A stretch of DNA of 63,998 bases, filler included, from Conidiobolus incongruus B7586 (lineage: Eukaryota): NCBI GenBank assembly GCA_000697335.1. It is 12 parts of 12 records of this genome, joined end to end, with 100 filler letters (N's around TTAATTAATTAA, not from the genome) between each part and the next. Parts side by side here need not be neighbours in the genome. Positions count along the whole stretch, not along the records: positions 1 to 23,848 come from JNEM01006750.1; 11 more parts are not named here. One strand, written 5' to 3'. The translations under genes were made by a program, and so were the position numbers. Positions 1-13,419 of this stretch are shown here, piece by piece; positions within the stretch are counted from its first letter, which is position 1; each line of letters opens with the position of its first letter. The notes under the pieces are model-generated. The model was given only the letters and a program-made list of their open reading frames with translations, was not told the origin of the DNA and made no database searches.

Positions 1-2619
1 TAGAAATAAAAAAATAGGAAATTTTTTAATTCTTGATTTTTCAAATATATAATATATTTGAAAAATACTTTAAATATAAAATTTATATAAAAGTAATTAT
101 ATTCAAATTATATATATTAAATTTTAAATATTCTATTATTAAAATATTTTGGTTTTAAAACTTTATAGTTAAATTTAATTATATTTAAACTAAATAAAGA
201 TTATCAAAAGGCTTATATTTTTGAATTTTTAAAACTTAACCATAAACTCTTTAAAATCATCTAAAACTTACAAATAATTTATAAAGGTGGTGTTTTATCA
301 AACACTATTATTTATCATTAGATTTGTGATTTTAAAGTTTAAAAGGACATTATTTAAAATTTACCAAAATTTAAAAAATTAATTTCTACTATTATATTTT
401 AATATTAATAATATAAAAAAATATTAACAAATACCCTTTTATTCTAATTAAAAAACTCTTAAAGCAGATTAATATTAATTTTACAAGTATACTATTTATA
501 TTTAAACTAAAACTTAGATTAATTAATAAAAATAAAAACAATAAATATATAATAATTTAATAAAAATTTACAAGAAAATTAAAGCAACTAATACTAAAAT
601 AAACTTATTAATATATAACCAAAAATAAAGATTTTTATAGCAAATATTTATAATTATTACTCTGTATTTTTAATAATGGGAATTTTTTGCAATTGAAAAT
701 AAATAAATATTTTAATATATTATATATATAAAAAATATATAATATAAATTTAATAGTTTCCTTTATTATTAATAACTTTTTCTTATATTTTTAGCAAAGA
801 TCTAATACCTAAAAAATAATTCTTTTTATTAAAGACTAAAATTTAATATTTCACAAATCAATTAAATTTTCCTATAGAAATTTTCTTTTCTGTAAGCTAG
901 TTTTTTAATTACCTAAAGCAATTATAATCACATAAGTTATAATCTAGGGAATATACTAGATGTGGTAGTTTTTTCCAGTTATTTTTAATTAGAAAGTTTT
1001 TTATAGCTTTAAATTTATGAATTTTGCAATTATTATGCAAAATAATAGGTTTTCTCAGATTATATTGAGAACACCAATTAGAAATACTTTTATTTAAAAA
1101 AGCAATATAAAGTTTACTATTAATTGATTTTCCTTCAGGAACTAAATAAAAATAACATATATTATTATAATCTATTACAATAATTAATATTTATTTATTA
1201 ACAAAATGTTTATTTAAAGGAATTTGTAGAGGGAGTTGATTTAACTTAATCTAGCATCTTGATTTGTGTTTTGGTAAAGGATTATATATAAGGATCTAAG
1301 ATTTATTAATTGTAATTATTCACTGTAAAAGTTTAAGCTTCTGGTAATATTTTAGTAAGTTTTGTTTATCAATAACTACTCTAGCTTTTTTCTAAGCTCT
1401 AGTTAAATTATAAGGTATTTATTTTATATTTTTATTTATTAATTTGAGTTTAAACTTTAATATATATAAAATACTTATAAAACTAATATTAAAGTGCTTA
1501 GATAATTCTCTAACTGAAATAAAAAGGTGCTATTGAATATATTTTTTCACTCTATTAACAATTAAAAAAGTAATAGTTAAAGTTAGTTTTTTAGATTTTA
1601 ACAGGTTTTAGATAGTTTTTCTTTTAGCTTTAAAGTAATTTACCTAGCAATAAATTTTTAATTTAGATAATACTTCATTACCAAAAGCTGTTTGTAAATT
1701 TTAAATAATTTTAAAAGGCCTATGGTTAAGTTTTACTAATACTAAAATAAAAGACTTTTGATGATTACTATTTAGTTTAAGCATAATTAAATTAAACAGC
1801 CAATTTTAAAAAGTTAATTTTTTAATCAAAAAAATTATATATATATATATATATATTTTAAAAATATATAATTTCCTATTAACTTTGTATATATTTATTT
1901 ATTTCAAACTAATAATATATTTGAAAAATCAGAAATTAAAAAATTTCCCATTTCTTCAAATTCAAGGTAATAATAAAACTTAGATTTTTTTATATAAACC
2001 TTTATCTAAAAATAAAATAAGATGTTAAATTAAGCTAAATTAATACCTTTTATTTATTTTAAAAAATATATGCTTTAAATATAAGCAAATGTTAATTATT
2101 AAAATAAATTATAATGGTGTATATATTTTTTATTTAATATCTAAAGGAAAATTAATTAATAATAAATTATATATTATTTTTTTTTAAATAAAACAAACTT
2201 TAAATGATAATTTTAAAATAAATTAAAGATATTTATTATTTTGCATAGTAATTATAATATATATAAAGTTTAAGCTATAAAAGATTTTTTATATAAAAAA
2301 ATTACAGAAAGTTATTAAATCTAGTATATTCACTTAATTATAGCTAATGTGATTATAATTGTTTAAAACAATTAAAAAGTCAGCTTATAAAAAAATTCCT
2401 GCAAAAAAATTAAATAAGTTTGTAAAATATCAAATTTTAGTCCTCGATAAAAAAATCTATTTTTTAGATATTAGAAGCTTATTAAAATAGAAAAAAAAGT
2501 TATTATTAATAAAATAGAGTATCAATTTTATCCTCTTTATGAAATTTTATATATTATTTATTAAACTATTTATTTAATTTTAATTTTAATATTATGCCAT
2601 TATTTAATTTTTATATTAA
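1..2619 (+). mobile_element. Degenerate mariner (DD34D) transposon, host copy split by a nested mariner at 657-1970; 5' TIR runs off the window edge
   Basis: Colinear with the other family-A copies. Decayed TIRs at both ends (GGAAATTTTTTAATT at the start, GCCATTATTTAATTTTTATATTAA-TA at the end). The sequence resumes in register after the insert. Confidence 0.75.
657..1970 (-). mobile_element. Full-length decayed mariner transposon (~1.31 kb)
   Basis: Imperfect TIRs (TTACTCTGTATTTTTAATAATGGGAA / TTCCCATTTCTTCAAATTCAAGGTAA) with TA duplication at 655-656 and 1971-1972. Decayed HTH and DD34D transposase on the minus strand. Confidence 0.85.
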
Positions 2620-3124
2620 TATTAAGTGATATTTATTTAAATCATATGATTGTTGATATAATATATCAATATATCATATTTTATTTATTATTTTATATAT
2701 AAAATTGATTCATATTTATATAATGAATCATATTATAGAAACATATTAGAGGGATATATCAATAATCAATATATAATTAATCATATCATTTTATCATTTC
2801 AAATTTTTTATATTTTTTATTTAATAATGAATTCCATTTAAGTAACAAACTTATTGATAGTTAGGATGTGTGATATTTCATTTTATTAACATAATAAATG
2901 AAATATATGATTTAATATATTAATATTAATAAAGAATATATAAAATATAATAACCTTCAAATAAATTATGATTTTATTAAACTATATTTTTAATTTTATA
3001 AAACACCATGACTATATAATCACCAAAGAAAAATATGAATTGTGTAAGTTCGTTTATTAATAATCAAATTATCTAATTACAATTGAATACAGTAGGGATG
3101 AATTATTTATTTATTTTGATAAAG

Positions 3125-3436
3125 TTATAAAATATAAGCTTGACTACTTCTTTCCCAATCGCCATATTTAATAGGTTTCCAAATCTTAGGACTGCAAACA
3201 CTTCCAGTCTCATAATTGAAATAGGTCTCATGTTGATTCTGGAAATTATTTAAAATTGAACCATTGTTGACCATGAATGGAGTATCATTGAACATTTCAT
3301 ACATATTGTTTTGGTCAATATCTTGAAGGTTCGAATGAGATGTAGGGGAAGTAATATGACTTTGGGTACTAATTGGTTTAGTAAAGTTGAAACGATATTT
3401 AGTTATGGAAGATTTAACTAGATTTAATCTGATCAT
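3125..3436 (-). CDS. Diverged SDHAF4/Sdh8 (DUF1674) paralogue, 103 aa; may be a decaying duplicate
   Basis: N-terminal presequence-like segment similar to the 7110-7424 gene. C-terminal NYETGSVCSPKIWKPIKYGDWER aligns with [23 protein letters not shown]. Confidence 0.65.
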   Translation of the reverse strand: MIRLNLVKSSITKYRFNFTKPISTQSHITSPTSHSNLQDIDQNNMYEMFNDTPFMVNNGSILNNFQNQHETYFNYETGSVCSPKIWKPIKYGDWERSSQAYIL

Positions 3437-5511
3437 AATTTCTGAAAAATTTCAATACCTTATCAAAGTTTAATACAAAGATGAATTCAATGCTAAAAGA
3501 ATGGTAATGATGATATATGTATGCTAATATTGATAGTAATGGTTAAGTTATTAAAAATTTAATTCAAATTTTTGAATAATTTTTGATCTAATAGTATATG
3601 AATAAGACTCAACCATGAATATATATAATCTATGATAAGTACTGTACTGAATCAATTTAAAATATTTAATTCAGTTACAATTTAATATGTATTATGAAAA
3701 TTACAATTACTCGCAATTGATGTAATTCATGTAATTAATTTCAATTTGAAATTTTATTCAAAATCATAGTAGAATATACCAACCAAATCATTACAGTAAT
3801 ATTAATAACATTTTTCAAATTTTTAAAATTTACATCAAAATCGATATTTCTACAAAGCTGGATATATAATATGGACTTAAATTTACTATATTCTCCGGAA
3901 TGATATCTATAAAATAAGAGTAGAGTTATTTGGTCAATTGAATTAACCTTGTCACAAAATTGACATTGATGTAATGACAAAGAGTTATTTTATTTTTTAA
4001 TCAATTCTTCATTTTGATACCACATACCACAAAATGAAAATTGTAAATATTGTCATTTATTAGGCACTTGTATTAATTTAATTTTTAAAGTGATATACTT
4101 TTTAATAAGAGATAAATGTATCAGATATTCCAATTATAGAAATATATAACTTATATACAATAATATTTAATATTTATATTAATTCACAATTATAACTTCG
4201 TTTTGCATTATTAATTTTTTGATTTATACCATACATCATTAAAATAAGTATTATTGAAATATACTAAAATCGAATTAAAATATATTATATTTGATTCTAT
4301 TGTAAAATTTGAATTTTCAAAATATTAAATGAGCAAATTGCCTAAAATAATAATTTATTTTATGTTGATTTTTTTGGTCATTATAAACGGTACAAATAAT
4401 TAGATATTTAATTTAATTTGTATCATATTAATCACTAGGATCAAAATATCAATCGTTAAATCAAAAAAAATACATATTTTAATTATAAAGTTAAATCCAC
4501 TTATATAACCTTTTAATTATAAATGTTATATTTTACATTATCATTTGATAAAGATTTCAAGTTTATAAGTTATATTTGAGAAATATATATTTCCAAAAAA
4601 AACAAATTAGAATGGTTGAATAGTTTATTTATCACAACTTTAAAACTTGACAGTTTTTAAAATACAATAAAATACTATAACATAAATAATTCGCTTATAT
4701 TTTAACACAAATTTCATTATAATAAAATTCAAAGTTGATAAAATATATTTGTACATATTTCCTTCAAATTTCAATGAAATATGAAAACATAGTAATAATA
4801 TTTTAGGATTAAGATATATTAATCTATATCTAAAACTAAGAATAATAAAACAAGTGATAAAATTATTCTCGAAAAACTTATTTAAAGTAAATATTTTAAG
4901 TTTGCATTAAAAAATTATAAAACAATACAACATATGATAGCTTATAAAACAATTGAGATTGATAATTGATTCAAAGATTATATGAATTCAAAAATGATTC
5001 AAATTGCCATGTTATCAAAAAATTTTAAATAATATATATGTTATTTTAATTATAGTACAGTTTTTCTTTATATAGTTGATGATATCATCTTCCAATAATT
5101 TATAATGAATATTTTACTTTTATGTTTGCCTCCTATATACTATATAAATTTTAAATTACAAAATAAAATGTGCCAACCAATTGAAACTAATATAATATTT
5201 AGAGGGTGATGAAAACATGTGTGAGTGGTGTGATTAAAAAATTCTGCATGAAATTGTTATTTGGCAAACTTACATAAGGAAGATAATCAAAATAACTGGT
5301 TAATGGAAATTGGGGTAAACATTAGTGAAGTAAAAGGAGGATAAATTAATTTACTTGTGTAGTCCCTGAATAATATACTTTAGTTTGAATATAAATTAAT
5401 CTTTGATCTGAATATTCAATTAATTGTATTCTAATAGAACAAATTAATGATTAAGAATATAAAATAATTATAACTGGAAAATAATAGTTTAATAAATTTT
5501 TAATTAACAAA

Positions 5512-7033
5512 ATGAAGTGGGCAATTATAAGCTCGTTCTACGTGGTAAATATTAGTTGTTTTTTAATTAGTCTCAAATCAAACTGGTTCAAGAATGAGCT
5601 TCCAGCTACCCCAAAAATTTCTACTTCGCTTAGATCCAATAATATAAAGGTCAATAATACAACCAGGGCCCTCAATAGCACAGGCACTAATTTTGGAATT
5701 ATTCTGGATGCTGGGAGTACAGGAACGTAAGTGAAATTCAAAGTATTAGTTATATTCAATACTTATTTTTTTCTATAGTCGATTGTTTATTTACCAATGG
5801 GATCCTCCCAAGAGTTGCCATTATTCACCATATGTTACAGGATCAAAATTTAAGGATGGCCCAAAGGCGGGGAAGCAAATCAAAATTAAAAAAGTTGGTG
5901 GTTTGCATACAGTTCCTCCATCAGATGTGAAAAATTATTTGAAAGATTTTTTAGAATTCGCTCTATCATATGTACCAAAAGAACAACACTTTAGGACGCC
6001 CATCTTCCTCAAAGCAACTGCGGGTATGAGGCTTATTCCAAAAAATTTGGCACACGAAATCCTTGAACAAGTTCGTTTGTGTCTTAACTCAACAGGATTT
6101 TATTTCGATCAACAGTACGGAGCTCAGGTGATTCCTGGAGAATATGAAGGCGTGTTTGGATGGTTAGCGGTAAACTATCTTAGTAATAACTTGAACCACC
6201 ATGATGAGCACTTTAAACGTGGTGGTGATGATGATGATTTAAGCAGAGCATACTTTGATATGGGAGGGGCTAGTACTCAAATCACATTTGAACCAAAAAG
6301 ATTACCATATGAGCATGCATTTCCTATTAACTTAAATGGTACAAGCAGAGTAGTATACACCCACTCATTTTTGAGATTCGGCAGGAACGAAGCTCGTAAG
6401 AGATACTGGGATATGCTCTCAAGTCCCAAGGACCAAGCATTGACAGATCCATGCATGGCTGGTCTATTTAAATATGATACATTAATAGATGATGAAAAAC
6501 GAACAGTTATTGGATCAGGTGATTTTAAAGAATGTTTGAAACTCACAGCAAAGCTAGTTAATGAACCTTCAGAATGCTTCTACCCCCAGTGCTCTATTTA
6601 TGGGACTCATTTATCTCCAATTCCACCTGATATGGAGTTGTACTTTACAGCAAATTTCTTTGATACAGCAGATTTTTTCGAATTAAGTGGTGAACAAACT
6701 TTGAGAACTTTAATTGAAGAAGTTCCAAAAATTTGTAATTTGAACAAATTTCAATTTTTGCAAAAATACAACAAGAAGAAATTCCAGAGGGATAAGGATT
6801 TTTACTTTTATTGCTTCAATATAGCTTACTATATCAATCTTATAACCCATGGTTACCACGTAGATCTCGACCGCAAAGTCACTTTTACAGAAACTGTTGA
6901 AGACACAGATATCAGCTGGACACTTGGAGCAATGATTTATGAGGTTCATTTACTGTATCCAAGTGGACAATGCTGTGATGACTGGAACGATTTTCGTACA
7001 GTACATCCCATTGTGAAAAGAAAATTAAATTAG
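5512..7033 (+). CDS. GDA1/CD39 family nucleoside phosphatase (apyrase/NTPDase); exons 5512-5726 and 5779-7033
   Basis: All apyrase conserved regions present: DAGSTGTR (joined across a gtaagt..ctatag intron at 5727-5778), ATAGMR, GEYEGVFGW, DMGGASTQ, SWTLG. Hydrophobic N-terminus. Confidence 0.93.
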
Positions 7034-7109
7034 AAGTGCATTTAAATGTTAATAAATATAGATTTAAAGATTGAAAATTAATTTTAATTTTGATTATTTA
7101 TAGTATATA

Positions 7110-7424
7110 TTAAAAATCGTATACTCTACCATTTCTTTCCCAATCTCCATATCTGGTGGGTTCCTTGCCCTTGGGGCCATCAACTTCTCCAGTCTCTTTA
7201 TTGACATAAACTTCACCAGCGTCTTCGGGTTCTTCTGGTGTAGGTAAATTATTAAGCTTTATTTGCGCTTCTTTAAAGAGCTCTTCCATTTCCTTCTGCT
7301 GTTGTTTATCACCAAGTGGAATAGGACCTGGAGCGGTTGGAAAAGGGTTTTTACTAGAGAAGTGTTTTACAGAGTTTAAAGGATATCTTATTAAGGTAGA
7401 TTTAATTAAATTAAACTTGAACAT
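7110..7424 (-). CDS. SDH8: Succinate dehydrogenase assembly factor 4 (Sdh8/SDHAF4, DUF1674)
   Basis: Mitochondrial presequence-like N-terminus, [15 protein letters not shown] segment, and the signature C-terminus [27 protein letters not shown]. Confidence 0.93.
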   Translation of the reverse strand: MFKFNLIKSTLIRYPLNSVKHFSSKNPFPTAPGPIPLGDKQQQKEMEELFKEAQIKLNNLPTPEEPEDAGEVYVNKETGEVDGPKGKEPTRYGDWERNGRVYDF

Positions 7425-8606
7425 TTTAATATAAAGTGATTTGATACTTTAAATAATTATTAGATGACTTGAAATTGGAATGATGATGAATGCTAATATT
7501 TATATTATTCAAAATATGAATAGTTTATGGGATTATAATTTAATCTATAATATTTATACAGACATTATTGGAATCAAAATTATCTATACTTTTATAATTT
7601 TAACTAATGTTCATAATAATCAATATAAAGCTATCTAGACAATAGATTAGATATTAAGAAGTATACAAATGATTTTTTGTAAAAATGGCAATTCAATTAT
7701 TATATTTTATTATTTAACACAGCCTATTTTTGATAAGCTAGGCTGATAATAAAATTTTAGCTTTTTAGTTTAACTTATTTGCAATCATTTAACATTTATC
7801 CTCAAATAGAAGAGAAATAATTATAAATAAAAAGTACACACGATATAATATTTGATATCATCTTATGGAGATTATATTTTTATTTTAAATTTATAGTTTT
7901 AAAGATTTAAAGGTATATTTTATATTAATCATAAACATAATAATGACTAGAGTTTGAAATTCAATATCCTCAGTACATAGAAGCATATAATTAGTATTTT
8001 CATCAAAAATTTAAATTATAAAAGTGATATTTAAGAAATGAAAATTAACCAAATACATAAAACAAAAATTAATCCATAAAATACCCAAACCTTTAAAAAA
8101 TAAAAATATGACAGCTTAAACAAAAAAAATTGAATTATTATTTTGGTAAAATACATAAAATATTTCAAATTAATTTAAGACTGCTAATATAATTTGATGA
8201 AAAGTTTTATTAAAATATATAAGTATATATGAGAGGCTTGGATTTTTATATAGTTATTATTAATCATATTAATAGAAATAATTTCTTGTGTATTACTCAA
8301 ACAAATTAAAATGTATTTATCGAAATAATAGTTGAAACATAAAGCAGAATTAAAATTGAGTTATCAAAACATTATTGTTAAATGAATATATAGTGAGTTT
8401 TCGAGAATTGTAATTTCAAAAAAAAAAAAAATCAATTTCGAAATTCTGTAGTGAAAAATGATCACGATATTAACTTAGTATTAAAATAATAATTTTAAAC
8501 CAACTGAAAATAGACAATAAAGTGTATTAATAGATAACGCTGTTTAGATCATTTAATTTTTAGTTGGTTAATAAAATTATTATTTAATTTAGATCCTAAA
8601 TTTTAA

Positions 8607-8897
8607 TCGTCATAACCAGAGATAGGTTGTCTGGGACGGTTGGGAACTAATAAAAATAAGTTAATACAATAAATAAAAAAATGATTTTTAAAAAAATATT
8701 TACGGGGATAAGTGGTAGGAATGGGCTTTGAGGGAGGATGACCAAATAATTTTCCTCTCATCTTAGGGATAGCATAAGCAGTGGGAGGACCTAAAAATTC
8801 AATTAAATTTAATTCAGATAGACTTGAAACTTGCAAAATTACCGAAAGCGGCAATAGTTAAAGACCAGAAATAGACAGGGTATTCTAAAGCGTAATA
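8607..8897. mobile_element. Probable solo LTR (~290 bp)
   Basis: GC-richer island with decayed inverted ends (CGTCATAA..CGTAATA) and a TTTAA direct repeat on both sides. Only one copy in the window. Confidence 0.45.
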
Positions 8898-10351
8898 TTT
8901 AATGACTCTAATCATTTTTATTTAATTTTATTGATCAAATGGATTTTTATCATTACTTTTTCTCTGGTTGGTGTTCCATATTATTTCAAAATGACTAGAT
9001 TATATTTATGGGATTAATCTTATCATGATACTGATAATACATCAAATAAATATTAAGAAATTTATATATATTTTGAAATTAAGGTTTATAACACTTTAAT
9101 AACTAAGCTAAATATTATATATTCAATATTTTTATAATAGGTTACAGAAATATCAACTTTCTATAAGATATATATATATATATAATTGTATTAACTTTGT
9201 TCAATTTTCTCTAACGGGGTTAATATGATTATGGGCCAATATATATGTATAGATTGGAAAATGTAAATTCTAAAATTTTTAAACAGCTTTCCTGAATAAT
9301 AACCTTTTTGCTTCCAAAGTATTCTAAGTGGATTAATGATCAAATATATCGTCTTGAATCTAAACACATTATATTTATTCTTATTACTGATATTACCAAT
9401 AAAATACTAAGATATCAATCTTGAAAAATATTATTATTAATTCATTATTTCTGAATATTTTACTTCTCAAAGTTAATTTTCATAAACTATAGTTTCGCTA
9501 TATATTAATAAATATATGTATATTGAGGAAATACATAATTATTTTATGTTTTTATAACAACAGATAAGGATCCTAGTTTATAATAAACTTTCAAAAATAT
9601 TGTTAAACTTTGTCATATATCATGAAATAAGAAATAAGAAATAGTACTATGAAGATATAGGATCTAAGTTGTTGTTATATTAATCTTATATGTTTATTAT
9701 TCAATGTTTTATGATTTTTATATATGTCCAAATCTCAGAGTAATGAAAAAATTAATAATTATATCATTTTAATTTAAAAATTCATTCCTCTTTTAGTATT
9801 TAATAGTTAACTCTTTATTACTTTAATCGTCATCGAGTTAATTTATTGCAATAGTATTCCTATTATTTTTTATTTATTATTTGTATTTGGTAATAGTTTG
9901 CTAAGAAACTAGTTATCGAATTTCTTCTTCTTTTTGATTATTTATTTTGATCATTCATTCAATTATCAAATTTAATATATATATATATATCAAATTCTAA
10001 TTTTATCAAATTGTACCTTATATATAACTCTTTAAAAATAATAAATATGATTTCACACTATTTCTCTAAAATTTCACAATTATTTCCTCATATTTAATCA
10101 ATACTATTTATCTGAAATTTAACACTATCTGTATGTAATATTATTAATATTGATTTTATTTATATAGTTTATTATTTTTGAATTTTAAATAAAGGTATTT
10201 CATTACTTAACAGAATTATTCTATATTTAATACTTCACTTTAAATCTTTCTCTGCACATCTAAACTACATTATTATTAATATTACATCTTATAAGTTTTA
10301 TATTTATTATTTTAAACTTAATATAATATTAGATTAAAACTTATAATTAAA

Positions 10352-10786
10352 TGTCAGGTGTTAACACTGACAACAATGGGCTTTACGAGCTTAAACGGGG
10401 AATCGCCAGTGGTAAACGATAAATTACCACGTAATTAAGGGAAATTATTGGGGTTCACCAAAGTAGGTGAAAATGACTTGTTACGAATCGGGTTCTTTGA
10501 ATAAAGTAAATATCTCACGCTCGTCACGACTCAACACTTTTGTGAGGGCTACGAGAAAAACTTAGAGACGGTATACTTTTGAAAATGAAGATAGAAGATG
10601 TGTTTATTAGTTTGCTTGTGATAATCTTATATTAGGTTCCATTGTTGATTTTTGTGGACATGAATGACTTACGGGCGGAAAGTAATAGGATCAACTAGTT
10701 CATGGGGTGTGATATCTCCAATGTGACTTCTCGAATCCTGCGGTAATCATAGTTTCTTGAGTAATTGACAGGATTATTCTCCATCA
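10352..10786 (-). mobile_element. Solo LTR, family LTR2 (435 bp), least mutated copy
   Basis: TG..CA ends and 4-bp TSD TAAA. Reverse-complement homologues at 28576-29013 and 45792-46228. AATAAA followed by a pyrimidine-rich tract on the minus strand. Confidence 0.8.
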
Positions 10787-11091
10787 TAAATATACATTAT
10801 TCAATCTGTTTTCAATATTAATGATAAATCCTAATTTGGATATTGATATACTGATGTGTAGTTGATTTGTAGTTAAATATTTTTTATCTCTCTTCAAAAT
10901 TAATTGAATTAATTTTAACAAATTATAATATTGGTTTATTAATTCATAGTAAAAAATTTTCTCTTGCTTTGCTCTTCCTCACCTACCAGTTATTTACTGG
11001 TTTTACAGACAGATATTTGTACAATAAAATTAATTTACACTTATTTAGACTTTAAGTTATTTATTTGTATTTACTTGACTCTTCTTATATA

Positions 11092-12671
11092 TTACTATAG
11101 AATCAAAAAAATGGGAAATTTTTTAATTTCTGATTTTTTAAACTTATTATTAGTTTCAAATAAAAAAAATATATAGTTTTGAATTATATATATATATAAT
11201 AATTTTTTAAAATTAGTTGTTTAGTTTAAATATACTTAAACTAAATAATAACAATCAAAAGTTTTTTATTTTAGTATTAGTAAAATTAAATTATAAATTT
11301 TTTAAAATTATTTAAAATTTATAAATAATTTTTAATAATAAAGTATTATCTAAATTAACAATTTATCACTGAATAAATTACTTTAAGATTAAGATAGAAA
11401 TTATTCAAAATTTATTAAAATTCAAAAAATTAATTTAATTATTATTTTTTTAATTATTAATAAAATGAAAAATTATATTATAAAATATTTTTTATTTTAG
11501 TTAAAAAATTATCAATACATTTTAATATTAGTTATATAAGTATTATATATATTAATATTCAAATTAAAATTAATTAATAAAAATATAAAATAAATAGCTT
11601 ATAATTTAAATAAAGTTTAAAAAATATTAAAATAGCTATTGTTAAATAAAACTTACTAAGGTATAACTAAAAATTAAAGCTTTTATAGTAAATTATGATA
11701 ATTGATAAATTTTAAATCATTTTATATAGTCTTTTATTAAAATATAAATTTAAATATTAGACTAAGTTAAATTAACTTTTTTTATAAATTCCTTTAAATA
11801 AATATAATATTAATAAGTAAATGTTAATTATTATAATAAATTATAATAATATATGCCATTTTTATTTAATTTTTAAAAGAAAATTAACTAATAGTAAATT
11901 TTATATTGTTTTTCTAAATAAAACTATTTCTAATTAATATTCTCAATATAATTTAAAAAAACTATAATTTTATATAATATTACTTTGTAATTTAAATAAT
12001 GGGAATTTTTTGTGATTGAAAAAAAATAAACATTTTAATATATACAAAGTAAAAATAAATATATAATATAAAATTAATAATTTCCTTTACACTATTTGGT
12101 TTAAGCATGATTAAATTAAACAACTAATTTTAAAAAATTCATTTTTTAATCAAAAAAATTATTATATATATATATATATATATAATTCAAAACTATTTAT
12201 TTTCCTATTTGTTTTGTATATATTTGCTTATTTGAAACTAATAATATGTTTGAAAAATCGGAAATTAAAAAATTTCCCATTTCTTCAATTCCATGGTAAT
12301 AATTATAAAATATATAAAGTTAAAGTTATAAAAAACTTTCTAATTAAAAATAACTGGAAAAAACTACCATATCTAATATATTCTTTAGATTATAATTTAT
12401 GTGATTATAATTATTTTAAGTAATTAAAAAACCAACTTATAAAAAAATTATTACAGGAAAATTTAATTGGTTTATAAAATATCAAATTTCAGCCTTTAAT
12501 AAAAAGAATTGTTTTTTAAATGTTAAAATTTTATTAAAAGTATAACAAAAAGTTATTAGAAATAAAAAAACTATTGATTTTATATTATATATTTATTCTT
12601 TCATTTTATATATTAAAATGTTTATTTTTTTTTAATTGAAAAAAATTCCTATTATTAATATTATAAAGTAA
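11092..12671 (+). mobile_element. Decayed mariner, host of a 320-bp deletion derivative
   Basis: TIRs TTACTATAGAATCAAAAAAATGGGAAA and ..CCTATTATTAATATTATAAAGTAA with TA flanks. Remnant WKKLPYLIYSLDYNLCDY corresponds to the YSPDxxPxD motif, with 34 residues from the second to the third Asp. Confidence 0.85.
11980..12299 (-). mobile_element. Non-autonomous mariner deletion derivative (MITE, 320 bp)
   Basis: Both family-A TIRs and a TA duplication. About 110 bp of the 3' end is fused to about 210 bp of the 5' end, with the transposase body missing. Confidence 0.85.
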
Positions 12672-13085
12672 TATTATAAATCATGTTTTACATAACTAGC
12701 AATTATTTATTATTTTTAGATTTGATATAAAATAATATGAAAACTAATTGGATTATGAGAATAATTTTAATGTCAAACTACTTAATAAAAGCTATATATT
12801 TTGAACTTAATATATAAATTATAAAAATATTATATATTGTAATATGTAATATATACTATATACTATATACTATATAGATTGTATTAAAAAATCATTAAAG
12901 TTGTTTCAAATTTTCAATTGAAATTTAACCATATTAATTCAAGAATTCTTATTGTAACTATATATTATTGTAATAATGGCTGATTTTTTCAAGGTAATAG
13001 TTATTCCATTAATCAGATTAATTGATTTTGTAAAATAATATAATTATTAACCAATCGAAAATCCAGATATATATTTAAATAATAT

Positions 13086-13419
13086 TGTCACGAGTAAGGT
13101 GACTCCCTTCTACCAAAGTATTTTTACATCAACCTAATGTTAAAGTCATTTCCTCCTCGCATACTATCTGCTTCCGCTCTATCTTTTAACTGGCCAATGA
13201 CGCAAGTCACCGGAGAGTCACATGAATCACCTTACCCAGCTCACTCTATAGAAAACTCGGAATTAGAGCTAACATCAACAGGAAGAGTTCGATCTGGGCC
13301 CTCTCAGCTATTTGACTTAAGCCAATAAATTCCCTATCTCCCTAACACTTGCCTCGAATTCCCTAGATCTCTCTCTTTTATCTAAACCACTCTGGACACG
13401 GCTTTCCCAAGACGTGTTA
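13086..13419. mobile_element. Solo LTR, family LTR1 (334 bp)
   Basis: TGTCACG..CGTGTTA termini and ATAT TSD. Closely similar copies at 34988 and 43355. Confidence 0.8.

Noticed and set aside
12214..12423. 69-aa ORF with a mariner motif
   Set aside because: Chimera of a MITE end and the host transposase remnant, not a gene.
13137..13328. 63-aa ORF in LTR1 (likewise 8603-8854 and 20796-20990)
   Set aside because: They lie inside repeat elements and have no protein features.
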